DNA of 30,186 nt. Source: Archangium sp. GTDB lineage: Bacteria > Myxococcota > Myxococcia > Myxococcales > Myxococcaceae. The position numbers were made by a program, and so were the translations under genes. The notes under the pieces were generated by a model. The model made no database searches and was not told the DNA's origin. It saw nothing but the letters and a program-made list of their open reading frames with translations. Location of the stretch: the NCBI GenBank assembly GCA_031367385.1, contig JANLPS010000256.1, positions 1 through 30,186 of the forward strand, read 5' to 3'. This document shows positions 1 to 9,409 of this stretch, one piece after another; positions within the stretch are counted from its first letter, which is position 1; each line of letters begins with the position of its first letter.

Positions 1-1
1 A

Positions 2-66
2 TCTCATGGTGAGCCTGTCGAACCACGAACCACGAACCACGAACCACGAATCACGAACCACGAACC
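2..66 (-). repeat. REP-like element copy 1: 23-bp core plus six tandem 7-mers (ACGAACC, one ACGAATC variant); may continue beyond the window edge
   Basis: Positions 2-24 (TCTCATGGTGAGCCTGTCGAACC) are the exact reverse complement of 23678-23700. Heptamers occupy 25-66, and the element lies 8 bp past the stop of the minus-strand gene ending at 75. Confidence 0.92.
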
Positions 67-74
67 GAGCACCC

Positions 75-3000
75 TCACTCCACGTCAGCGTGAAAGGCAT
101 GAAACAACTTCAGCAAGTTCGGCATCACCCGAGGCTTGAACTGCGCCGACGACGAGAGCGGCAGCACCGGCTTGGCGGCGGTCAACCGCTGCTTCACCGT
201 TCGCGTCACGAAGATCGGGTTGGTAAAGGCATACGGCGTCACCTGCTGCGAGGGGTCTGGCTTGTACTTGCCGAACTTCGCTCCGAACCCGAAGGCATCG
301 GCCAACACTCGAATCGCATCGGAGATCTGCAGCGAGGGCACCTCGTGCGGCGTGAATACCGGCCACATCGCCTCTTCTCCGAATGCCTCGACCACGATGA
401 ACGAATCGTCGGGTATGCCGGTGTACGTCTTTGTGACGTCGAGCCGTACGACGCCGTCGCGCGTGGTCACGGGTATCGTCTCGAGCGTCTCAGGCGTCAG
501 CTTCTGATCGCGCCCACCCCTCCGCACGACCACCCGCTTCACGTCGACCCACGGCGCTGCCTGCACCTTGATCTTCACCGAGATCGACCCGTCGGGGGCC
601 ACCACGGTGCGCCCCAGGCCCTGCCCATTCACCGTGACGTCGAGAAACGGCCCATTGGTCACCACTGCGCGGCCCGCTCGAACGGCATCGGGCACGGCAT
701 CGGGGTCAAGGGCTCGCATCGAGCCATTCGCCGACTCGCCAACCTCGAGGTAAGTGCGCGGCAACCCCGCCTCGGCCTTGTCGGTGTGCGAGTCGCTGTT
801 GCCGGTCGCGGTCACGTGCTTGCCCTGCGCCAGCATGGTGAACCAGTCGTCCTGCGCGCCGGGGAAAGCGGGCTGCAAGGTGGTGCGCTTGATGCCAGCA
901 GAGTCGGTGTACTCCGCGACCCGCTCGAAGATCTCTCCCACCGCGGGCAAACAATCTTGGTCCTTGGTCGGCAGGCCAGCGCCACAGGCCGGCAACTTGG
1001 GCTCGTCTCCCACGGGCGAAATCGCAGGGCGGCGGTAACTCTTGATCAGCTCCTGCCGCTTGCCGTTGAACACCTCGACCGCGTCGAAGTCACCCGAGTA
1101 ATTCACCGCCGCGTACGGCGACGGCGTGCCATCTGGCTGAGGCGATTGGTCGACGTCGAACGACGAGAGCGGCTCGGTCGGAGCGCCGGTGTACGTGCCG
1201 TAATTGAACGCGTTGAGGTACCCGAGAATCGTGTCTCGCGGGTGGTTGATCTGCACCACCGTCTTCGCCGGGTCGCGACCGAGGCCACGCAGCTGCGCGA
1301 AGAGCTCTCCCGGAGGCCGGTAGAACCACCTGAAGCTGCCGTGCCCAACCGGCCCCGCCTGGAGCTGAATCGGAAAAGCATTGAAGTGCCCCATCTCGAG
1401 CGTGGTGAGCTCGAGCCCAATCGTGCTGCTCACCCAATCGCGAAGATCGAGCGCGTCGATCGTCGGCGCGAAGTCAGTCACGTAGTTGTGATCGGTCGCC
1501 GCCATGTAATCGACGCCTTCAATCGCGAAGCTCGCCACCCGCTCACGCAGCGCGAAGTCTGAATCGACCGAATTGATCGAGTGCACGTGAAAATCGGCCG
1601 AGACCCAATTCGGCGTGTCGAGCACGTGGGTCAAGGTGAGCACCACCGTCGCGGTCGCTCCCGGCTTCACGTCGATCACCTGGCTCTGCAGGTCGTACTC
1701 AGGGCCACGCGATGCGTACACCGTATATTTGCCGGGCCGAATCAATGACCCCGCGCTGCCATGGGCCGCCTGCAGCACCTTTTCGAGGTAGCGGCGCGAT
1801 GACGGGTCGGCCTGATCATCGGGCGTGAGATCAGACTGCCGGTAGCGCTCGCCGACCTTGAGGTCATAGAGAAATTGCCTCGGCAACTTGCCCGTCTGCG
1901 CGTCGTAGATCGCCTCGATCGAGATTTTCGAAGGCAGCGCGCGGCCTTGCTCATCGCGCACGACGATCTGCACTGAACCCGGCTGCGAGAGCTCGAGGTT
2001 CAACTCGGCCGACGACCCCTCACTGACCTCGACGAACGCAGGGCTTCGCACCACCGAGCGATTCTTGTCGACCGCATACGCCACGTATTTGCCTGGAGGC
2101 AGCGGCGCGGTCCACCGGCCGTTGGGCAGGGTCACCGCTTGCGACACGTAGTTGCCCGCCTCGTCTTGCAGCACCACCGAGACCCCGCTCAGCGGTTGCT
2201 GCGTCGGCGTCTCACGAACCAGCCCCGAAGCCGTGCCATAGGGCACCTTGTCTCGCTGTACGAACTCCTTGCCGTTGGGGCGCAGAATCGTGTCTCGCAG
2301 CTCGTACACAACCTTCTGTGCCGAGGCCACGTCACCCGAGCCCACCGCGAGATACCCCGTGTACGAGAACGTCGCCTTCGGAGCCAACGAGGTCGGTGCC
2401 TTCGCCCAGAAGCTGCCCAAGAAGCTCGATGAGGCCACCGGTATCAGCAGCGAGTCGGGCTTCGCGGTCGGGTAATATTTCGGTTTTCCCTCGAGGTAGT
2501 TGCCGTCGAGCGGGCGGGCAGCCACCATCGCGTAGCTCACGCCGTCACCCGACGTCGTCCACATCGGAGTCACTTCGCCAGGTATCGCGTCGATCGCCGT
2601 GGGCCGTTTGTAGACCGTGTCTTCGAGGTGAAAGCGCATGTCGAAGCCCGCGCCGCCGGGCACGAAGAGGCGCTGGCCTTCTCCGAGCAGAGTCACGAAG
2701 CCGAAGGGCACCGTCAACAGCCAGGCCGCGTTGCTCGTGCCCGGGTTCGTCACCGACACGACGATCTTCAAGTACTGCTTGCCCGGCTCGAGAATGTAGT
2801 CGCAGGCGTACTCAATCGGCGCCGAGGGGTTGACGAGATCGGTGAGCGACTTGGCCACGGTGATGAAGTTGCCGGCGCGGCCCGAGACGCGAATGACCGC
2901 GGGGCCTCCGTCGCTGCCGTCTTTGAGCACCTCGACCTTCGAAGGCTCGATCGCCGTTAAGAAGAACGCGGGGAACATCTCAGTGAACCAGTCATTGCCG

Positions 3001-3278
3001 ACAGGACCTTGCGCGCCACCGGTGCCGTTGCCGCGAACGAGATCGACGTCGATGAGGCTGCCGCCGAAGGCGCCGAAGCCACGCGAGGTACCGACGTCTT
3101 GAATCACCGCGTGAATCAGCCCATTGCTCAGCTTGAAGTCACCGACTTCGCCGAGCGCCCGCTTGCCGCCGATGAGATCAGCGCGGCTCTGCACCTTGAA
3201 GGCGCGTGACGGCTGCTCGGTCTTGCTGCAGGCCGCGAGCACCAGAATCAGAAAAATTCGACGCATGGCAAACCTCAC
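75..3278 (-). CDS. Large lipoprotein: CehA/McbA-type PHP-family metallohydrolase with carboxypeptidase-regulatory-like beta domains
   Basis: Lipobox LAAC after a hydrophobic signal (alternative ATG at 3266). PHP motifs DFHVHS, TDHN, LELT, GHFNAF, INHP and NSDSH. The GTG start overlaps the porin stop (GTGA). Confidence 0.85.
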   Translation of the reverse strand: MRFAMRRIFLILVLAACSKTEQPSRAFKVQSRADLIGGKRALGEVGDFKLSNGLIHAVIQDVGTSRGFGAFGGSLIDVDLVRGNGTGGAQGPVGNDWFTEMFPAFFLTAIEPSKVEVLKDGSDGGPAVIRVSGRAGNFITVAKSLTDLVNPSAPIEYACDYILEPGKQYLKIVVSVTNPGTSNAAWLLTVPFGFVTLLGEGQRLFVPGGAGFDMRFHLEDTVYKRPTAIDAIPGEVTPMWTTSGDGVSYAMVAARPLDGNYLEGKPKYYPTAKPDSLLIPVASSSFLGSFWAKAPTSLAPKATFSYTGYLAVGSGDVASAQKVVYELRDTILRPNGKEFVQRDKVPYGTASGLVRETPTQQPLSGVSVVLQDEAGNYVSQAVTLPNGRWTAPLPPGKYVAYAVDKNRSVVRSPAFVEVSEGSSAELNLELSQPGSVQIVVRDEQGRALPSKISIEAIYDAQTGKLPRQFLYDLKVGERYRQSDLTPDDQADPSSRRYLEKVLQAAHGSAGSLIRPGKYTVYASRGPEYDLQSQVIDVKPGATATVVLTLTHVLDTPNWVSADFHVHSINSVDSDFALRERVASFAIEGVDYMAATDHNYVTDFAPTIDALDLRDWVSSTIGLELTTLEMGHFNAFPIQLQAGPVGHGSFRWFYRPPGELFAQLRGLGRDPAKTVVQINHPRDTILGYLNAFNYGTYTGAPTEPLSSFDVDQSPQPDGTPSPYAAVNYSGDFDAVEVFNGKRQELIKSYRRPAISPVGDEPKLPACGAGLPTKDQDCLPAVGEIFERVAEYTDSAGIKRTTLQPAFPGAQDDWFTMLAQGKHVTATGNSDSHTDKAEAGLPRTYLEVGESANGSMRALDPDAVPDAVRAGRAVVTNGPFLDVTVNGQGLGRTVVAPDGSISVKIKVQAAPWVDVKRVVVRRGGRDQKLTPETLETIPVTTRDGVVRLDVTKTYTGIPDDSFIVVEAFGEEAMWPVFTPHEVPSLQISDAIRVLADAFGFGAKFGKYKPDPSQQVTPYAFTNPIFVTRTVKQRLTAAKPVLPLSSSAQFKPRVMPNLLKLFHAFHADVE

Positions 3279-4492
3279 CAGACCGCGTGCAGCATCAGGT
3301 CGACGCTGTCATTGGCGTAGCCGACGGCCGCGTCTTCGCCACGGTGCGTGTACTGCGCGAGCACGCGAAAGGGCAAACGAAAGGGCCTCCAACCGAGCAT
3401 CGCGGTGAATTCAGTGACCTCGTCTGAGACCTGCTGCGAGCTGGGCTCGTAGTACGCCAGGCGCACCGCGGCCTCGAGCCCCGACGGCTCGTGCAGGTAC
3501 CGCAGCTGCCCCATCACACCCAACGCCGACTCCGCCGGCAGGCCCGCGAAGCTGTAGGTCGAGCTTCGACCCAACATGACGAACATCGCCGAGAGCACGT
3601 GCGCATCGAGCACCGTCTTGTGCGCCTCGACATCGAAGCCGTAATTGACCTGGTTGGTGGAGAGCCGGTTCGGGCGCGTGCCCTGCGAGACGACGTTGTA
3701 CGAGGCGTTGAGGCCGAGCGAGACGGTGTCGAACACATCGAGCACCACGCGGCCTACGGGCATCACGCTGTTGTTATCGTTGAACAATTGGTTCGGGCCC
3801 GCGCCGTTGAAGAGACCGACCGCGTACTTGATGCCGAAGGTGTGGCCTCCGAACCGCTTCGAGCCGATTTGCAGCCCGACCTGGCGATCAGGAGCGAGCG
3901 CCTGCCGCGGCCCATACGCGTCGGGAGGGTTGAACCCACTCGCCAACACCGACCGCGAGGTGAACGGCAGCGAGCCGTCGGCCATCAACATCTCGGCGTC
4001 GTACGAGGGGCGAAATTGGCCCACGCGCACCAGCAAGCCCGAGCACACGTCGTATTGCACATAGGCATCACGCAGCTCGACGATGCGGCGGCCGGTGAGC
4101 GGGTCTTCAGGGGTCACCAAAGGCGCCGCGAGCTCGATCGACGTGTAGATGGTCAGCTTGTCGATCGGCTTGAAGTCGAGGTTCAAGCGAAAGTCGGCCA
4201 CCCGAAACCCGCCGTTGCCTCCGACCAGCTGCTCGTCTTGGAGCGGAAACGTGTAGCCGACCTGCACCCGCGCGAAGCCGCCAATCGAGACCCGCTGGTA
4301 CCAGGGCACCTCGTTCGACGGCACCCGCGGCTGCTCGGTCGACTTCGATTCGACGCTCGGGGTCAGCCGCTCGGTGTTCGGGGTGGTCGTCGCTTCGAAC
4401 TGCGCGTCGATCGAGCCTCCGTCGAGCGCGACTGCGGTCGACTCGGGGCTCTGAGCCAGAATGACGACGAGCGTGACGGCCAATGAGGTCAT
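3275..4492 (-). CDS. Outer-membrane porin, phosphate-selective porin O/P-like beta-barrel
   Basis: Signal peptide; motifs LRDAYV, RVGQF, DRQVG and GLFNG; amphipathic beta strands; C-terminal aromatic residue (W). Confidence 0.75.
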   Translation of the reverse strand: MTSLAVTLVVILAQSPESTAVALDGGSIDAQFEATTTPNTERLTPSVESKSTEQPRVPSNEVPWYQRVSIGGFARVQVGYTFPLQDEQLVGGNGGFRVADFRLNLDFKPIDKLTIYTSIELAAPLVTPEDPLTGRRIVELRDAYVQYDVCSGLLVRVGQFRPSYDAEMLMADGSLPFTSRSVLASGFNPPDAYGPRQALAPDRQVGLQIGSKRFGGHTFGIKYAVGLFNGAGPNQLFNDNNSVMPVGRVVLDVFDTVSLGLNASYNVVSQGTRPNRLSTNQVNYGFDVEAHKTVLDAHVLSAMFVMLGRSSTYSFAGLPAESALGVMGQLRYLHEPSGLEAAVRLAYYEPSSQQVSDEVTEFTAMLGWRPFRLPFRVLAQYTHRGEDAAVGYANDSVDLMLHAVW

Positions 4493-4511
4493 GACGTTTT
4501 CCTAAGTGAAA

Positions 4512-6047
4512 TCAACGCGGCTGGAGATCAAGGGCGTGCCCACGCGAGGCCGCCGGAGGAGGAATCGAGAGCAACTTCGAGAGCGTCGGCGCGACGTCGA
4601 CCGCTTCGGCGCTGCCCGCGGCAAATTTCTTGAGGCCGCCGCCGAAGAACAGCAGGGGCACCTCGCGGTCGTACAAATACGCCGAGCCGTGGCTGCCCTG
4701 TGCTTCGGCGCCGGAGATCCAGTACGGGCGGGTGACGACGATGAAGTCAGGTGACCGCTCGTCGAAGGCACCCGTGCGGTAGAGCTGCGCGAATTGGCCG
4801 CCGTACGACCCGTTCATCACCGACGGCAGCGGCAGCAAATCGAGAATGCCCGGCTGTTTGCGGGCCACGGCTCGGAGCCGCTCGTCGATCGCGTGAATCT
4901 TCGCCCGCGAAACCGTCGAGACGTAGAACCCTGGGTATTTGAACAGCGAGAACCACTCGCCCTTGCCCAGCGCGGCGTTGGCCTCTTGCTCGAGCGCCGC
5001 CTTCAACGCGATCACGTCGATGCGGCCTGCGTCGAGACGCCGCGTCTTGGCGAGCTCGGGCAGCGGAGCCATGCCGTGATCGGCGGTCAGCGCGACCACG
5101 TACTTGTCTTTACCGACCTTCGCGTCGAGCCCCGCCAGCAGGCGGCCGATCTCGAGGTCGATGACTGCGTACTCCGCGAGGGCGTCAGCCGAGTCGGGCC
5201 CGAAGCGATGACCCGTGCGGTCGTGCCCTGAGAAGCTCACCACCAGCAGGTCAGGCGCGTCGTCTTTGCCCAGCTCGAGCGAGGTGACCGCTGAGAGCGC
5301 CAGGTCGACCTCGAGCCGGTCGAGAATCGGTTGCAGCTCGGCGCGCTCGGCGAGCAGCTCGGAGTCTCCCGCTCGGTGCACGGGCTCCGGGTTCTTGCCC
5401 GTGATGCCACCACCCGGCAGGCCCCAGGCGAAGGCCCCAGAGAGCATCAGCTTCGAGAGCTCCGCGTTGGTCGACGTCACCCAGGAGGGGATCTCCTTCG
5501 CGTAAAACGTGCTGGTCGTGAAGATCGGGAGCAGCGAGTCGAACCACACCGCGGCATCGGCCGAGCGCCCCGCCGTCAAGATCGCCGAGCGGTCTTTGCC
5601 CGAAATCGTCACCACCTTGGCGCGCGGGTCGAAAAGCTTCACCGAGTCGCCGAGCGTCGGGGCGCGCAGCATCGTCGGCGCCGTGCCGTCTCGCGCGGAG
5701 GGGCGGCCGAGCACCTGATACCCAGGGTCTTCAGTCGACAGCACCGGCAGGCCGGTCGCATGGTCGACCCACTCATTGGCCACGATGCCGTGCACTTCGC
5801 CGTACGTGCCAGTCACCAGGGTCGAGTGGCCCACCGAGGTGATCGTCGGGGCCGCCTCGTACCGGCATTCGCGAAAGCGCACGCCCTCGGAGATCATTCG
5901 CTTGATGCCGCCGTTGAGCTTCGAAACCCGCGCGTCGAACGCGTCGAGCGAGAGCTGATCGATCACCACCAGCACGCCAAGACGGGGCCGCTCGGCTGCC
6001 CAGCCAGATGACGCGATGAGCGATGCGACCACGGCCAGTCGAAACAC
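4512..6047 (-). CDS. Secreted alkaline phosphatase superfamily enzyme, PafA/PhoK-like
   Basis: Signal peptide; VIDQL; PTITSVGH (Thr nucleophile region); SGKDRSA; DRTGH; TADHG; HGS. Confidence 0.88.
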   Translation of the reverse strand: MFRLAVVASLIASSGWAAERPRLGVLVVIDQLSLDAFDARVSKLNGGIKRMISEGVRFRECRYEAAPTITSVGHSTLVTGTYGEVHGIVANEWVDHATGLPVLSTEDPGYQVLGRPSARDGTAPTMLRAPTLGDSVKLFDPRAKVVTISGKDRSAILTAGRSADAAVWFDSLLPIFTTSTFYAKEIPSWVTSTNAELSKLMLSGAFAWGLPGGGITGKNPEPVHRAGDSELLAERAELQPILDRLEVDLALSAVTSLELGKDDAPDLLVVSFSGHDRTGHRFGPDSADALAEYAVIDLEIGRLLAGLDAKVGKDKYVVALTADHGMAPLPELAKTRRLDAGRIDVIALKAALEQEANAALGKGEWFSLFKYPGFYVSTVSRAKIHAIDERLRAVARKQPGILDLLPLPSVMNGSYGGQFAQLYRTGAFDERSPDFIVVTRPYWISGAEAQGSHGSAYLYDREVPLLFFGGGLKKFAAGSAEAVDVAPTLSKLLSIPPPAASRGHALDLQPR

Positions 6048-6083
6048 GGTGACGGCTTCTAGCCGTTTCGCCCCCGCAGTCGC

Positions 6084-6641
6084 TCAGAATCGACGCGCCG
6101 CAGCTCCCCTGCCCGCGCGCAGCTCGTCTCGGGCCCGGGCGAAATGCAGTGTGAAATCAACTCCGTCGATGATCAACGCACGGCCTTCGAAGCACCCGCG
6201 GGCGTAGCCCCACTCGATCAAGGTGGCCTGTTGTTCACAGTTGAGCGCCTCCCACCGCTTGCCCTCGCGCAGGCCCTTGGCCAGGTCGTAGCCATCACCC
6301 AACAGCTGCGCGTGAATCGAATCGCCAATGTAGGCATAGCCCCCGTTCTGAAATTGCCAGGCGTGCGTCGCCTCGTGCACCAGCGTCGCGTCGGCCAGCG
6401 GCAGGTACGAGCGCGGCACGAACAGCGTGTTCTCGATCACGAACGCGCGCCGGCTCAAGTTCACCAGGCCGGTCACGCCCTCGCAGAGCTCGAGCACGTC
6501 GAGGTCGAGCGATGCCTCGAACACTCCCTCGAGTACTGAACGCTCGCGGGCGTTCAAGGCTCGGTGCTCGCCGTCACTCACACGCTCTGCGAGGCGCACG
6601 ACCCGAGCCGCGATCTCACCCACCGTCGCGCGCCAGCCCAT
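6084..6641 (-). CDS. Small HExxH zinc-metallopeptidase-like protein (DUF4157-like)
   Basis: LVHEATHAWQ motif followed by a downstream EQQA. Confidence 0.65.
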   Translation of the reverse strand: MGWRATVGEIAARVVRLAERVSDGEHRALNARERSVLEGVFEASLDLDVLELCEGVTGLVNLSRRAFVIENTLFVPRSYLPLADATLVHEATHAWQFQNGGYAYIGDSIHAQLLGDGYDLAKGLREGKRWEALNCEQQATLIEWGYARGCFEGRALIIDGVDFTLHFARARDELRAGRGAAARRF

Positions 6642-6739
6642 GCAGCGGTGAATAGCCCACGGAAACCCGACCGTCGACCACGCGCCCGCGGTCGATTCAG
6701 GGGAGGTTCGCGCCTCGCGCGTGCGGTTCCACTCGACGG

Positions 6740-8161
6740 CTACTGACCGCAGGTCTTCAGCGCCACCTTGCGCATCTGCTCGACGAACGGCTGCGGCGCC
6801 AGGTACCCGGTCACCCGGGGGTCTTTGAGCGTCGTCCCCGTCGGGTCGATGAACGCCACCGTCGGTAACCCGTGAATGTCGAAGCGCCCGTACAGCTCGG
6901 TGAGCACGTCATTGTCTTCGGTGACGTCGACCTTCACGCGCACGAAGCGCTCGGCCTCGGCGGCGACGTCTTTCGAGGTGTAGGTGCGCGCATCGAGCTC
7001 CTTACAGGCCGCGCACCAGTCGGCGAAGAAGTCGATCATCACGGGTTTGCAGTCGGCTGCGGCCTTCTTCAGTGTCTCCTCGAGCCGCTTGCCATCGGTG
7101 TGCTCGGCCGGGTTGAACGTCAGGGACCATTGAAACGCAGTCGCCGCCGCGACCTGCCCGTTGACGACCTCGTGCGTCTGCACCGGCGCGAGATCTTGCA
7201 CCGACACCCGCAGCAAAAACGCGCCGATCGCCAGCAGCACCCCCATCGACTTGGGTAGCCACTGCTGGCCTTCTTTGAAGCTTAGGTGCACCGCGCCCAT
7301 CACCACCGCGACGAAGGCCATCACCGACGAGATGGCGACGCCCGGGTTCTTGCCGATCACCGTGCCGACGTTCGCCACCACGGTTCGAAACGCGGGAAAC
7401 GAGTCGCGCAGGTACGAGGCCGCCAGCGCCAGCAACGCGATCCCGAACACGCTCTTGACCCACTCCATCCACACGCCGCTCTTGGGCAGGCGAACCGTGA
7501 AGACGCCAATGAGAAAGAACGGCACGCCGATGCCCAGCGCGTAGATGAAGAGCAGCAGGCCACCGAGCACCGGGTCTTGCGTTCGCGACACCCACGCCAG
7601 CACGCCGGTCAGCACCGGCCCCGTGCACGGAGCCGCCAAAAACCCGGCGACGCTGCCCATCAGCAGGGCTCCGATGAAGCCGCCGCCGCCGACGTTGTTC
7701 AGCTTCATCGCCAGGCCCGAAGGCAAGGCCAGGTCGAAGGCTCCGAACATCGAGCTCGCCAGCACCACCAGAAACACGGCCAGCCCGACGGTGACCCACT
7801 GGTTGCCCAACGATGACCCGAACGCCTTGCCAGAGAGCGCCGCCACGACCCCCAGGGTCGCGAACACCAGGCCCATGCCCACCACGTACGCCGCGGTCAG
7901 AACGAAGGCCCGCCCCTTCGAGTCAGCCTGTCGGGCCCCAAACACCCCGACCGTGATCGGTATCAACGGGTACACGCACGGCGTCAGCGAGGTCAGCAAG
8001 CCGCCCAAAAAAATCACGCCCGCCGCGATGAAAAACTGGCCCTTGTCGAGCAGGCCCGTCGCATCGAGGCTGTTCGACGGGCCCGTCGGCAGAATGGAGG
8101 GAATCAGGGCGAGGGCGATGGCCGACAGAAACGCCAGGCCGAAGACGCGGTTGCGACTCAT
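6740..8161 (-). CDS. dsbD: Thiol:disulfide interchange protein, DsbD/CcdA transmembrane domain plus C-terminal thioredoxin
   Basis: TPCVYP and APCTGP transmembrane cysteines, several hydrophobic helices, and FFADWCAAC. The true start is probably ATG 8161; the ORF extension to 8623 overlaps another gene. Confidence 0.88.
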   Translation of the reverse strand: MSRNRVFGLAFLSAIALALIPSILPTGPSNSLDATGLLDKGQFFIAAGVIFLGGLLTSLTPCVYPLIPITVGVFGARQADSKGRAFVLTAAYVVGMGLVFATLGVVAALSGKAFGSSLGNQWVTVGLAVFLVVLASSMFGAFDLALPSGLAMKLNNVGGGGFIGALLMGSVAGFLAAPCTGPVLTGVLAWVSRTQDPVLGGLLLFIYALGIGVPFFLIGVFTVRLPKSGVWMEWVKSVFGIALLALAASYLRDSFPAFRTVVANVGTVIGKNPGVAISSVMAFVAVVMGAVHLSFKEGQQWLPKSMGVLLAIGAFLLRVSVQDLAPVQTHEVVNGQVAAATAFQWSLTFNPAEHTDGKRLEETLKKAAADCKPVMIDFFADWCAACKELDARTYTSKDVAAEAERFVRVKVDVTEDNDVLTELYGRFDIHGLPTVAFIDPTGTTLKDPRVTGYLAPQPFVEQMRKVALKTCGQ

Positions 8162-8249
8162 GGTGCGCTTATATGTCGCCGGGGCAGACCGCGTTTCAGA
8201 CGATTTTGAAGATGTTGATATTGTTCGCGCTTTGATGCGCGGGGCCGTT

Positions 8250-8639
8250 TCAGACCGACGCCGACGAAGAGGTCTCTTCAACACCTTTTCGCACGTACTG
8301 CGACTGCTCGAGCACGCCATCGTCTGACCATGAGCGCCAGACGCCGTCTTCTTGCCCCAGCACGTAGTGACCTTCGGCCGAGCGCTGGCCGTTGGGGTGA
8401 AAGTCAGACCATTGGCCCGTCTCGAAGCCGTCTTCGTACTGCCCCATGCACGCGACGAAGCCGTTCGGGTGGTAGGCCACGAACAACCCGTGCCGCACCC
8501 ACTCGCCGGTCGGCGTCTTGTAGCGCGAGTACCGAAACCGAATTTCGCCGGTGTCGTAAAAAATTTCGGCCAGCTGGAGCTCCACGCGGGGGGGCTGTAG
8601 CACGGGTTGAAAATCGTTCGCAAAGCCCCGGGCCGTCAT
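8250..8639 (-). CDS. MORN-variant repeat protein (YwqK-antitoxin-like)
   Basis: Repeats YHPNG..GQYEDG..GQW and FHPNG..GHY..G..DGVW. The start overlaps the hydrolase stop (ATGA). Confidence 0.75.
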   Translation of the reverse strand: MTARGFANDFQPVLQPPRVELQLAEIFYDTGEIRFRYSRYKTPTGEWVRHGLFVAYHPNGFVACMGQYEDGFETGQWSDFHPNGQRSAEGHYVLGQEDGVWRSWSDDGVLEQSQYVRKGVEETSSSASV

Positions 8640-9409
8640 GCGACCTCGGCCAGCGCCTCAAGCACCGCCTTCGGTGCCTCCTCGGGCAGGCAGTGCCCAA
8701 CCCCTGTCAAGACCTTGAAGTCGGCGCCGATCGCCAGCGCCAGCCGCTCCCCCTCGATGACCGACACCAGGCGATCGCGGTCGCCCCACAGCACGTGCTT
8801 CGAAAAGTGCGCGCTCCGCAGGGCCTCGTGGGGCAATTGAAACTCGGCGATCGAGCGCATCGACTCCAACATCGAGCGCAGAAACCCCGGGTTCTTCGCG
8901 TTCTCGACCGACGCATCAATCGCCGCTTCGGTGACCGCGCCTGGCTCGCCCCACAGCCATTGCAGGTAGGCCTTCACCACCGCGCGCGGCACGGGCAAGC
9001 GCACGCCCTGGAGCCACTGACTCATCACGTCGAGCGCGGGCTGCTTGAGCGTCTTCTTTGCGTCAGCCGTCAGGCCCAGTGCCGGCGCGTTTGCGATCAC
9101 CAGGCCTTCAATCGCCGACGGCCGCTCGGCCGCGAGACAGATCGCTACCAACCCACCGAAGGAGTGCCCGAAGAGGCGGTACCGGGTGAGCCCCAGCGTG
9201 GTCAGGTGGTCGCCCAATGCGGTCGCGATGTGGCGCGGTTCGGCGCCCGACGCCCAGCTCTGCGACCCGCCGACGTTGGGCAGATCGATCGCCAGAAAAC
9301 GGTAGCCGCCGAGTCGAATCAGCGCATCGAAGGTTCGGCTCGAGGCGCCCAGACCGTGCACCAACACGACCGGTGCCCCCAGCCCTTCATCGCGACAGAA
9401 AATCTTCAC
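8636..9409 (-). CDS. Alpha/beta fold hydrolase
   Basis: LVHGLG oxyanion motif, GHSFGG nucleophile elbow, WGDRD acid and GVGH histidine. Confidence 0.9.
   Translation of the reverse strand: MKIFCRDEGLGAPVVLVHGLGASSRTFDALIRLGGYRFLAIDLPNVGGSQSWASGAEPRHIATALGDHLTTLGLTRYRLFGHSFGGLVAICLAAERPSAIEGLVIANAPALGLTADAKKTLKQPALDVMSQWLQGVRLPVPRAVVKAYLQWLWGEPGAVTEAAIDASVENAKNPGFLRSMLESMRSIAEFQLPHEALRSAHFSKHVLWGDRDRLVSVIEGERLALAIGADFKVLTGVGHCLPEEAPKAVLEALAEVA

Noticed and set aside
6..1562. 518-aa + strand ORF starting MVSLSNHEPRTTNHE (and similar ORFs at 23113-23709 and 23442-23696)
   Set aside because: These are translations of the repeat element running antisense to real genes. Long shadow ORFs are expected at this GC content.
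6642..6739. GC-rich intergenic stretch as a possible riboswitch or RNA element
   Set aside because: I could not identify a convincing long stem or a known motif.
8162..8623. N-terminal extension of DsbD in the ORF track
   Set aside because: It overlaps the MORN-repeat gene in another frame and the sequence is not protein-like. ATG 8161 gives a normal membrane-protein start.
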